This document shows positions 28,456-37,289 of a stretch of DNA of 55,279 nt, piece after piece. The stretch lies in the NCBI GenBank assembly GCA_043815505.1, contig JBDRIV010000003.1, positions 128,239 to 183,517 on the forward strand, given 5' to 3'. Origin of the DNA: a bacterium (GTDB taxonomy: Bacteria; Patescibacteriota; JABMPQ01; JBDRIV01). Numbering within the stretch: the first letter of the stretch is position 1; every line of letters starts with the position of its first letter. The notes beneath the pieces were generated by a model. The model had not been told where the DNA came from. It ran no database searches and saw only the letters and a list, made by a program, of their open reading frames with translations. A program made the translations under genes and the position numbers.

Positions 28456-29930
28456 TGATTACCGATTTTGCTTCGGCAAAAAAATACGCTGAAGAAAATA
28501 TTAAACACTCCGTAGTGGGAATTGGAGTTAATGCCTATAATCGTGTTGGCTTGGAAAGAATTCTCCCCCATTATTCTTTGGCTTGTTTGGTAGAAACACC
28601 TGATAATAGAACTATTAGCCATGACGTTAATATTGTTACCGCCTATAAAAATCAAGATTATTTATTGCCGGTACGTTTTAATTCTACTTCCGTTCTAAAA
28701 AATAAAAAGGTTCAACGCTATATAGCTGCTCAAAAAAATCCAGCTATCTTTTTTTACACTGTTACTCATATTCTAGAAGAATTAGTTCAAGAGCATAACT
28801 GGCCTATGATTGCTAATCCAAAAAAGTTTGGCAAAGAAATTTATGAAAATAAAGTTTTTTTCCGTAAATTGCTGAAAACAAAAGGTTTGCCTGTCATTCC
28901 GGGAGAAACTAATTCTGTTAAAAATATTAATTTCTCTGATTTGCAAAAGAAATACCAGCGTTTTGTGGTTCAGATTCCTGATCTTGGTGGTGGTAAGGGA
29001 ACTTTTTTCATCAACAATGAAAAAGATTGGCAATATTTCTTAGACAGTTCTCACACCAGAAAACATGGTGATGGCGAATTGGTTATTACCAAATTTATAA
29101 CTGGTCCTTCACCATCAATGACTGGCGTTGTTACCAAACACGGCGTTGTTAGTAGTCGTTTGGTGCAACAAATGCTTTCTGCTCCTGAATGTGTGAGCGA
29201 AAATAAAGGCAGTGGAACATTTTTTGGCCATGATTTTGCCGCTTCTGATTTCTTTTCCGAATTAAATAATCAGGCTATTAAAATACTAAAAACTGTTGGT
29301 GAGGAAATGAAAAAAGATGGGTTTAAAGGAATTTTTGGAATAGATTTTCTAATTGATAAAGACGAACGCAAGGTTTATCCAGTTGAATGTAATCCGCGAC
29401 TCCTTGGCTCTTTTCCAGCCTACACTATGGCCCAAGAAATAAATAATGAAGTGCCTTTTGTTTTATTACAAGTTTTGGAATTTTTGAACTATGATTACGA
29501 AATTGCTGTGGAAGAAATTTCTGCACAAGCGAGATCTATTTTACCGGGTGCTCATTTCATTATTCATAATTTAGAAGACACTAGGGTAAAAGCGACTGGC
29601 CAAATTAAACCAGGGGTGTATAATTTAAAATCTGGTCAGCTTAACTGGTTACGTGAGGGTTATCATATGATTCATATTAAAAATGATGATGAATTTATAA
29701 TAACTGGTGGTTTACCAGAGACAGGTTCTATTATTTTATCTTTTGCCCGCATGGCCAGAGTTTTAACGAAAAAAGCGGTTTTAATTGGCGATAGTAATTC
29801 CACTTTAAATTCTTGGGGAAAAGAAATTGTTAGCGCTATTCGTAATGATTTACCCGTCAGACCGTTAACTACGTTAGAAGAATTAGATCCACGTTCCTTG
29901 TGGGGAAAATGGGCTCGTAAAATATTGTAA
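28455..29930 (+). CDS. ATP-grasp domain protein
   Basis: ENK, GGGKGTFF, GIFGIDF, ECNPR. Confidence 0.85.
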   Translation: MITDFASAKKYAEENIKHSVVGIGVNAYNRVGLERILPHYSLACLVETPDNRTISHDVNIVTAYKNQDYLLPVRFNSTSVLKNKKVQRYIAAQKNPAIFFYTVTHILEELVQEHNWPMIANPKKFGKEIYENKVFFRKLLKTKGLPVIPGETNSVKNINFSDLQKKYQRFVVQIPDLGGGKGTFFINNEKDWQYFLDSSHTRKHGDGELVITKFITGPSPSMTGVVTKHGVVSSRLVQQMLSAPECVSENKGSGTFFGHDFAASDFFSELNNQAIKILKTVGEEMKKDGFKGIFGIDFLIDKDERKVYPVECNPRLLGSFPAYTMAQEINNEVPFVLLQVLEFLNYDYEIAVEEISAQARSILPGAHFIIHNLEDTRVKATGQIKPGVYNLKSGQLNWLREGYHMIHIKNDDEFIITGGLPETGSIILSFARMARVLTKKAVLIGDSNSTLNSWGKEIVSAIRNDLPVRPLTTLEELDPRSLWGKWARKIL

Positions 29931-31072
29931 TGATTCAAAGTTTAACTATAGAAAATTTCCGTAACTATGATAATTTAAAACTAGCTCCTGTTTCGGGAGT
30001 AAATGTTTTTGTTGGACAAAATGGTTCGGGAAAAACAAATTTAATTGAAAGCATTTTATATTTGTCTAGGTCTTCTTCTCCAAGAACCAAGCGAGATAAT
30101 AATCTTATAAAATGGGGATCCACTCATACTTTTGTTGAAGCTTTAATCAAAAATAAGGAAGATGAACTAACAATTAGCTCGGTGGTTACTAATAATGGCG
30201 GTAGTGGACAAAAGGTTTTTAAACACAATGGCGTTATTTGTCCACAAGAAAAAAATACTGGCACTTTACCCGTAACCAATTTTACCCCCGATGATGTCAC
30301 TTTACTTGTTGATCCACCAGTTAAACGCCGTGCTTACATGGATTCGGTTTTAAGTAATTTAAATAGGAGTTTCCCTTTTCATTTGAGTAAATATAAACAC
30401 TCTTTAGTGCAAAGAAATTATTTATTAAAAAGATTTAAGCCGCCTTCCCCAGATGAATTAGAGCCTTGGAATAAAAAACTGGCCGAACATGGTTTAGCAA
30501 TTCTCGAAGCTCGTTTAGAACTAATTGGTTATTTACAAAGTTCACTAGGAGAAATTTATAACCATTTTGAAAAATCAGCCTTTAAGCCTTTATCTATAAA
30601 ATACTTTGATTCTTTGGCAGATAACGCCAACGAAACTCCTTTGTCTGAAGAGTTTTATTTACAACAATTAAAATCTTCTTTCTCATTAGATCTTCGTTAC
30701 AAGGCAACACAGTTAGGACCACACCGTGATGATTATTCGATTTGGCATGGTTCTAAAAATCTTTGTTTGTTTGGTTCTCGTGGTGAGTGGCGCAGTTTGG
30801 TTCTAGCCCTAAAAGTTTGTGAACTAAATTTTATTGAAAGGAAAAGAAATTTGCGACCAATTTTATTGCTTGATGATGTTTATAGCGAATTGGATAAAAG
30901 TCGCCGACAAGCTTTAATGGAAATTATCAAAGATCAACAAACTTTTATTACCACTACCGAAAGTAGCAATGTAACTCTTCCCCAGAGTTCACCAAGTGAA
31001 ATTTATGAAGTCGCCGGTGGAGAATTAAAATCAGCTCATGTCAAAACCAACATTAATAAAAAACTTGCTTGA
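29930..31072 (+). CDS. recF: DNA replication/repair protein RecF
   Basis: NFRNY, GQNGSGKTN, GPHRDD, GSRGE, LLLDDVYSELD. Confidence 0.96.
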   Translation: MIQSLTIENFRNYDNLKLAPVSGVNVFVGQNGSGKTNLIESILYLSRSSSPRTKRDNNLIKWGSTHTFVEALIKNKEDELTISSVVTNNGGSGQKVFKHNGVICPQEKNTGTLPVTNFTPDDVTLLVDPPVKRRAYMDSVLSNLNRSFPFHLSKYKHSLVQRNYLLKRFKPPSPDELEPWNKKLAEHGLAILEARLELIGYLQSSLGEIYNHFEKSAFKPLSIKYFDSLADNANETPLSEEFYLQQLKSSFSLDLRYKATQLGPHRDDYSIWHGSKNLCLFGSRGEWRSLVLALKVCELNFIERKRNLRPILLLDDVYSELDKSRRQALMEIIKDQQTFITTTESSNVTLPQSSPSEIYEVAGGELKSAHVKTNINKKLA

Positions 31073-31373
31073 TGCCAGCTTAAAAAGAGCCGGCGTCCAT
31101 AAATCTGTATCAGCTATCAAAATTTGTGAAGAGGTTGCATTAATTTTAGCCACTTATAATCTCCGGCAAGAGGATTGGGAGGTAAAATCTTTTAAAGATA
31201 GTACTTTGACTGTAATAGTAAAAAGCTCTGCCTTGGCTCAAGAATTGCAATTTAAATGTGAGGAGATTAAAAATCAAGTAAACAAAAAGCTGAAGTCGGA
31301 TAAACTTCAGCGGATAATCATTCGGGTGGGCTCTTTAACTAAAACTTCAGCATCTTTTCCAGAGGAACAATAA
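31038..31373 (+). CDS. dciA: DUF721/DciA family helicase loader
   Basis: L.V.V.SSALAQEL..I...VN pattern; directly after recF. Confidence 0.8.
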   Translation: MSKPTLIKNLLDASLKRAGVHKSVSAIKICEEVALILATYNLRQEDWEVKSFKDSTLTVIVKSSALAQELQFKCEEIKNQVNKKLKSDKLQRIIIRVGSLTKTSASFPEEQ

Positions 31374-31674
31374 AGACCACGGCGCCATCAATTCTTCTTT
31401 TGGAAGCTTTTTCAATCGCCTGAAAATCTCCCGGCTCTAAACTCTCTGCTGGTGGAATAGATTTGGTAGCACTTTTACCACTGCAACACTTATCTATTAG
31501 ACTCAAAGTATTTTCTACTTTTTCGTCATTAACACCAACTAATAAGGTGTTGTTTTTTTTCTGCATGATGCCACTGCGACTTTCCAGTTTTGTAAAAGTA
31601 ATTGTCGCTTGACGAAAAGTTTTTTCTAAGCGAGCGCTTTCCGAAGATGGTGTGATAATAATTATTAATTTCAT
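31339..31674 (-). CDS. PII-like cyclic-di-AMP receptor family protein (DarA/PstA-like), divergent
   Basis: MKLI..TKL....G......TLLVGV.DE.V...L.LI...GAVVFIVP.E...KF. Confidence 0.8.
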   Translation of the reverse strand: MKLIIIITPSSESARLEKTFRQATITFTKLESRSGIMQKKNNTLLVGVNDEKVENTLSLIDKCCSGKSATKSIPPAESLEPGDFQAIEKASKRRIDGAVVFIVPLEKMLKF

Positions 31675-31678
31675 ATAT

Positions 31679-32116
31679 TTAACATTTATGGTTAGTTTGT
31701 TTATTTAAATCGGCTCCACATGTTTGGCACAAACCCAAACAATTTTCTGTACATAAGTGCTGTCCGCTTAAATTGATAATAATTTCTTCATTTACTATTG
31801 GTAAAATATCCAATTGGCCATCATGAGGGTAAGGTAGTGCCAACTCATCATTAGTAGCAGCTTTGTCCTCTAATAGAATTTCTCGATGCCCAGTTACTTT
31901 AATTTCATTTTTGAAATCAATAGCACAGCGATCACAGATTAGAGGGATAATTGTTATAAATACTACCTCTAAACCAATGCTATCAACTTTTCTTGTGAGT
32001 TTTATAGTGACTTCTATTTGATCTTTTTCTCGGGATAAAATTAATTGTTTGGTCTTATTTTGACCTTCCTGACTTGAAACAATATCAGCTAAGCTTATTT
32101 TAGTTTTATTATTCAC
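31679..32116 (-). CDS. YceD/DUF177 family protein
   Basis: CDRC and LCTENCLGLCQTCGADLN; GTG start just after the PBP stop. Confidence 0.85.
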   Translation of the reverse strand: MNNKTKISLADIVSSQEGQNKTKQLILSREKDQIEVTIKLTRKVDSIGLEVVFITIIPLICDRCAIDFKNEIKVTGHREILLEDKAATNDELALPYPHDGQLDILPIVNEEIIINLSGQHLCTENCLGLCQTCGADLNKQTNHKC

Positions 32117-32117
32117 T

Positions 32118-34952
32118 TTATTCAACTTTAAATGACACAGACTTGGATTGCGCTTCCTCATTGCCAGTGTCAGTAACAACAACATAAATTTGATAATTTC
32201 CCACTCCCGGATTAATCATTGTTAAAGTGGCATCAAAACTGGTATTTTGTGAGGTAATTACTTCTCCTAAAAATGACTCTTCAGAAGTTTCTTTATTAAC
32301 CAAAAAGAATTCTAATTTTTTAACACCTACACTGCTTTCCGCATGAGCGCTAACTGTGTATGGGAATTCATTGGTATTAATAGTTTCATTGCTTACCGGC
32401 GAAGTTATGGTTGCTTCTAAAACACTTTCCTCTGGCGGATTAAGTGTTACTGAAATTTGATCTGAAACAACATTACCCACGTTATCAGTTACTACTGCTT
32501 TGAGATTGGCACTATCAGCTTTTTTAATATTATAAATTGTACGATATGGTGCATTACTATCCGTATCAATTAATTTATCGTTCACATAAAACTGCACGTT
32601 GGCAATTCCTTGCGGACCACTAGCCGAAGCGATAATTGTGACGGATTCTGCTGAAATAGTATCACCGTCGTCAGGCGCAGTAATGCTAACAGCTGGACGC
32701 TGATCTTCTTCGTGCAATAAACAATAATCTGTTGGTGGATCTTCGTTTATATAACCTTGGCCCTCGGCCCAAAGTTGCACTGGCCCTTCCCAACGTCCGT
32801 ACTGCGGATCATCTTGCATATTAGGAAAATCACCACGAGGATTGTTGCGGTAAACATAATATAAAATATTATGAACTTCTTTATAAATTTTTTCTTCAAC
32901 TAAATTAGATGGACAATTGGCATTGGCCAATTTATCTTCACAGGAAGAACAAATATTGACTGTGCGTTCATTTTCTATTTTTCCTTGTAAGACTGCTTTA
33001 TTAACATTTTCCGGTTTGGGATCAATAAAATATTCTTTTTCCATTTCGCTTGTTGCTTCACGCATAAATTGATTCCAAATTGGGGCGGCTACATTGGCTC
33101 CATAAGCACCATTAACCATTGGCGTGTTGTCATTATTACCAGCCCAAGTTCCAACTACTAAATTTGGAGTGTAGCCCATAGTCCAACCATCACGATATTC
33201 TTGAGTAGTTCCTGTTTTGGCAGCTACCGGACGATCGGGCAAAACCAAATAACTGCTAGCCCCAAAGACTGAAGCCCTAGCATTGCTGTCAGATAAAACG
33301 CTGGAAATCTGTCTAGCAACTTGAGAATCAATTACCTGCTCTCCTTCTGAATCTTTATACTCTTCTAAAACCTCCCCGTTATGATCTTCTACTTTAAGAA
33401 TGGCTGTTTGGGCTTGTTTTTTACCATCGTTAGCAAACACGCCAAAAGCACCCACGTGATCAAGTAATTTTAATTCTCCGCCACCAAGAACCAAAGATAA
33501 ACCATAATGATCGGGGCTATCATTTAAAGTGGTAATGCCCATTTTATGAGCAGTGTCTATAGTTTCTGCTACTCCAGCCAAATACAATGTTTTAACCGCC
33601 GGAATATTTAAAGAACCGGCCAAAGCTTGCCTCATGGTTACTGGACCATTTTCGGCGCCAGTAGCATTACGCGGAGCATAATTACCAAAATCGGTTACCA
33701 CATCAAACAACAATGTTTCTGGCGTGTAACCTTTTTTAAAGGCAGTGGCATAAGCATAAGGTTTGAAAGATGAACCTGGTTGACGATCTCTAATGGCAAC
33801 ATTAACATTGCCGTCATTCTCCAAATCAAAATAATCTTTAGAACCTTGCATAGCTAAGATCTGTCCAGTTTTAGGATCAGTAGCAACCAGTGCTGCGTTG
33901 GAAGCGCCATAACGCTCGTTTCTAGTAACGCCTTCGGGCACAGCCCGTTCTGCGATATGTTGTAGGCGAATATTAAGAGTAGTTGTAACTTTAAGTCCCC
34001 CATTTTCTACAACTTCTTCAGAATATTTATCAACCAGTTGCTGTTTCACATATAAAACAAAGTGCGGAGCAATAATTCCTTGAGAACTTTCACTATATTT
34101 AATTTTTTCGGCTTTAGCGGCTTCTGCTTCTTCTGTTTTTATAAATCCCATATTAACCATATTGTTCAAGACCGCTTCCTGACGACCTTTAAGAATTTCG
34201 GGATGAGAACCAAAAGGAGAATAATAAGTTGGTGCTTGGGGCAAAGCCGCTAAGGTAGCAGCTTCTGCTAAAGTTAAATCTTTGGCAGATTTTTCAAAGA
34301 ATGTTTGTGCTGCTGCTTGCACACCATAAGCATTAGAACCATAGGGAATTTCATTTAAATACATACTTAAGATCTCATCTTTCTCAAATTTCCACTCCAG
34401 CTCAATAGATAAGATTAATTCTTTTAGTTTTCTAATAATAGTTTTTTCGGGAGTTAGTAAGGAATTTTTTACAAATTGTTGAGTTATACCAGAACCACTA
34501 CCAGCATAGTCACGAAAAAGGTTCAACCACATGGCTCTTAAAAAACCTTTAACATTAAAGCCATGGTGACTATAAAATTCTTGGTCCTCGATGGCAATGG
34601 TAGCCTGTTTCAAATAATCAGAAATGTCTTCCAGGGGAACAACGGTACGATTTTCTTCTCCATGAATTTCATATAATAACGTTTCTCCTGTACGATCATA
34701 AATTCGGGTACTTTCAGGAATGTTGCGATTGGTTATGCTGCCAGCCGAAGGTAAATCCTTGGCCACAAAAGCAAAAATGCCGACGGTCAATAATATAAAA
34801 ACTGCCACGACAATTCCTAGGGTTATTAAAACTGTTTTTCTATCCAGCTTTTTTAAACGTTGCCAAAAACCCCGCCAGGAAAACTTCGGTAGTTTTTTAC
34901 CTTTCTGACGCCGTTTATTAACGACTTCTAAATTAGGTTTATAGTGTTGCAT
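32118..34952 (-). CDS. Class A penicillin-binding protein (PBP1A family) with C-terminal Ig-like domains
   Basis: ED..FY.H.G, ITQQ, RK.KE glycosyltransferase motifs; SSFK, SLN, KTGT transpeptidase motifs. Confidence 0.96.
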   Translation of the reverse strand: MQHYKPNLEVVNKRRQKGKKLPKFSWRGFWQRLKKLDRKTVLITLGIVVAVFILLTVGIFAFVAKDLPSAGSITNRNIPESTRIYDRTGETLLYEIHGEENRTVVPLEDISDYLKQATIAIEDQEFYSHHGFNVKGFLRAMWLNLFRDYAGSGSGITQQFVKNSLLTPEKTIIRKLKELILSIELEWKFEKDEILSMYLNEIPYGSNAYGVQAAAQTFFEKSAKDLTLAEAATLAALPQAPTYYSPFGSHPEILKGRQEAVLNNMVNMGFIKTEEAEAAKAEKIKYSESSQGIIAPHFVLYVKQQLVDKYSEEVVENGGLKVTTTLNIRLQHIAERAVPEGVTRNERYGASNAALVATDPKTGQILAMQGSKDYFDLENDGNVNVAIRDRQPGSSFKPYAYATAFKKGYTPETLLFDVVTDFGNYAPRNATGAENGPVTMRQALAGSLNIPAVKTLYLAGVAETIDTAHKMGITTLNDSPDHYGLSLVLGGGELKLLDHVGAFGVFANDGKKQAQTAILKVEDHNGEVLEEYKDSEGEQVIDSQVARQISSVLSDSNARASVFGASSYLVLPDRPVAAKTGTTQEYRDGWTMGYTPNLVVGTWAGNNDNTPMVNGAYGANVAAPIWNQFMREATSEMEKEYFIDPKPENVNKAVLQGKIENERTVNICSSCEDKLANANCPSNLVEEKIYKEVHNILYYVYRNNPRGDFPNMQDDPQYGRWEGPVQLWAEGQGYINEDPPTDYCLLHEEDQRPAVSITAPDDGDTISAESVTIIASASGPQGIANVQFYVNDKLIDTDSNAPYRTIYNIKKADSANLKAVVTDNVGNVVSDQISVTLNPPEESVLEATITSPVSNETINTNEFPYTVSAHAESSVGVKKLEFFLVNKETSEESFLGEVITSQNTSFDATLTMINPGVGNYQIYVVVTDTGNEEAQSKSVSFKVE

Positions 34953-35059
34953 TGAATTTCATAACAATTTAGTTATACCATATTTTGCCTTATTTTGGCA
35001 AAAACATTGCTAAAAGAGTGAAAAAAAGATAACATTAAGTTATTATTTAAGACAACTTG

Positions 35060-36262
35060 ATGGAAAAAGATAAAAAAACATTATTGCAGCGCGGTGTAGA
35101 TGAAATTGTGGTAGCTGCAGATTTAGAAAACAAATTACAATCTGGCAAACCGTTGCGTGTTAAACACGGAATTGATCCCACCACTAATCGTCTTCACCTT
35201 GGCTATGCGGTAGTTTATGAAAAATTGCGTCAGTTTCAGGAGGCTGGTCATAAGGTAGTTTTTTTAATCGGTGGTTTTACCGGACGCTTTGGTGACCCCA
35301 CGGACAAAACAGAATCGCGAACGCTAAGAAGTAAAAAGGATGTGGCCGAAGCAGCTAAAAATTATTTGGAACAACTTGGTAAAATTTTAGACCTAAATAA
35401 AATAGAAGTGCGCAACAATTCTGAGTGGTATGATAAAATGTCAGCCGAGGATTTGATTAAACTTATGTCCGAGTTCACCGCTATGCGCATGTTGGAGCGG
35501 GATATATTTCAGAAACGTTTGCAAAGAAAACAAGCTATTGGATTACACGAATTAGTTTATCCTATTTTACAAGGTTACGATTCTTATGAATTGGAAGCTG
35601 ACGTAACGGTAATTGGGTCTGATCAGAAATTTAACGAACTTCAAGCCAGGGGTTTGCAAGAAGCGCGCGGACAAAAACCACAAGATCTAATTATTACTCC
35701 CCTGCTAATCGGTACGGATGGTAAAGATAAAATGAGCCAGAGTTTAGGTAATGATATTGGTATCGCTGAAGAGCCAAAGGAACAATATGGAAAATTAATG
35801 TCGATACCAGATGAACAAATAATTCCCTATTTTACATTAATAACTCGTCTGCCACTTACAGAAATTTCAGAACTGGAAAAACAAATGAAAAATAATAAAC
35901 TTAATCCTCGTGATGCTAAAGCCAAATTGGCGTTTGAAATTGTTAAACAATATCATTCGAAGGCAGAGGCGAAAAAGGCTGAGGCAGAATTTAACAGAAC
36001 ATTTCGCGACAAACAAACACCTTCCGATATTCCTAAGATCACAGTTAATTCGCCTGTTCAGGATTTGGCGGGATTCTTGGTACAAATAAATCAATTCACA
36101 AAGATAAAAAGCAAAAGCGAAGCGAAGAGATTAATTGCGCAAGGCGGAGTAAAGATTAATGGCAAAATTTTTAAAGATCCAAATGCTGTGATACCAGCAA
36201 GAAATGGTATGATTTTTACAATTGGTAAAAAACGTTTTATTGAGGTTGATATAAGAAACTAA
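35060..36262 (+). CDS. tyrS: Tyrosine--tRNA ligase
   Basis: GIDPT..LHLG, YPILQGYD, GSDQKFN, KMSQS, C-terminal S4 domain. Confidence 0.97.
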   Translation: MEKDKKTLLQRGVDEIVVAADLENKLQSGKPLRVKHGIDPTTNRLHLGYAVVYEKLRQFQEAGHKVVFLIGGFTGRFGDPTDKTESRTLRSKKDVAEAAKNYLEQLGKILDLNKIEVRNNSEWYDKMSAEDLIKLMSEFTAMRMLERDIFQKRLQRKQAIGLHELVYPILQGYDSYELEADVTVIGSDQKFNELQARGLQEARGQKPQDLIITPLLIGTDGKDKMSQSLGNDIGIAEEPKEQYGKLMSIPDEQIIPYFTLITRLPLTEISELEKQMKNNKLNPRDAKAKLAFEIVKQYHSKAEAKKAEAEFNRTFRDKQTPSDIPKITVNSPVQDLAGFLVQINQFTKIKSKSEAKRLIAQGGVKINGKIFKDPNAVIPARNGMIFTIGKKRFIEVDIRN

Positions 36263-36282
36263 TTGAAGAATAATTTAACCGA

Positions 36283-36312
36283 AAAAGCGCCCAGAGATTT
36301 GCGGGCGCTTTT
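36283..36312. terminator. Bidirectional terminator between tyrS and the galT-like gene
   Basis: AAAAGCGCCC...GGGCGCTTTT. Confidence 0.75.
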
Positions 36313-36336
36313 ACATTTGGTCGTAAAATGGTTACA

Positions 36337-37281
36337 TTATTCCAGTATATTTTTACGGTAGAAATCAGGTACTCTTTCTGGTGGATAAGAATTGAAAATT
36401 ATTCCGCATCCCAATTCTACTCCTCCCCAAGTATTAACACGTGGTTGGATTTTTATGACAAAATGAAAATCTTGCTTTTTATTAACTATAAAATTCGAAA
36501 AGAATAAATTGTAGGAAAAATTTCTTCTATCCAAACGATTGAGAATTTTCTTTAAATTTTTTGCAATAGATAATTTCTCATTGTCAGTTAATTCAGAAAT
36601 TGTTTTTTTATGTTTAACAGGAACTATCCAAGTTTCAAGTTTATATTCTGAAGCGTACGGGGCAAAAGCAATCGAGTGATTATCAGCAAAAATCATTCTG
36701 TCACTTTTTCTTTCCTTCTTTACAATATCACAATAAGCACAAGTCTTACGTTTTTGCTTATATTTTTTCAGGCCATTTATTTCATTACTAATCTTAGGTG
36801 GCATAACTTCAGCGGCAAATATTTGCGAATGAGAATGGGAAAGAGAGGCACCAGAGCGCGGACCATCATTTTTAAAAACCAGCACATATTTTATATGACG
36901 AACTTTAAGAATTTCTTCTACCCTTCTTTGATAAACATCTAAAGTGTTTTTAATATTATTGATGGTCATTTCCGAAAATTCCTGATTGTGCACTGGAGTT
37001 TCAATAACAATTTCTTGTTTTCCGTAGGCACTAGAATTTTCTAAACTAACCGCTGGAAAAGCGTTGGGAATAACTTTAATCTTCCAGGCCCCAGTTTCTG
37101 GATAACGTAAAATCATAGGCCGATCTTCATCACCACAAAAGTGACAACGCTTAACTCTTTTGGTTTTATCAATGCGCATATAATCATGTGGTCGCCCAAA
37201 TCGACCATAAGCAACAACTACATATTTATCTAAAAAATAATGTTTTCTAATTTCGTTTTTATATTTTTTGGGTATGGTCAT
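36337..37281 (-). CDS. GalT-family sugar-1-phosphate nucleotidyltransferase
   Basis: CHFC, PNAFPA, IETPVH, GASLSHSHSQ. Confidence 0.9.
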   Translation of the reverse strand: MTIPKKYKNEIRKHYFLDKYVVVAYGRFGRPHDYMRIDKTKRVKRCHFCGDEDRPMILRYPETGAWKIKVIPNAFPAVSLENSSAYGKQEIVIETPVHNQEFSEMTINNIKNTLDVYQRRVEEILKVRHIKYVLVFKNDGPRSGASLSHSHSQIFAAEVMPPKISNEINGLKKYKQKRKTCAYCDIVKKERKSDRMIFADNHSIAFAPYASEYKLETWIVPVKHKKTISELTDNEKLSIAKNLKKILNRLDRRNFSYNLFFSNFIVNKKQDFHFVIKIQPRVNTWGGVELGCGIIFNSYPPERVPDFYRKNILE

Positions 37282-37289
37282 AATATTTT

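Noticed and set aside
31679-32185. Long N-terminal extensions in the ORF track (yceD, 12597, 18725, 39503, 52150)
   Set aside because: Most overlap neighbouring genes or promoters, and downstream starts fit homology or RBS better
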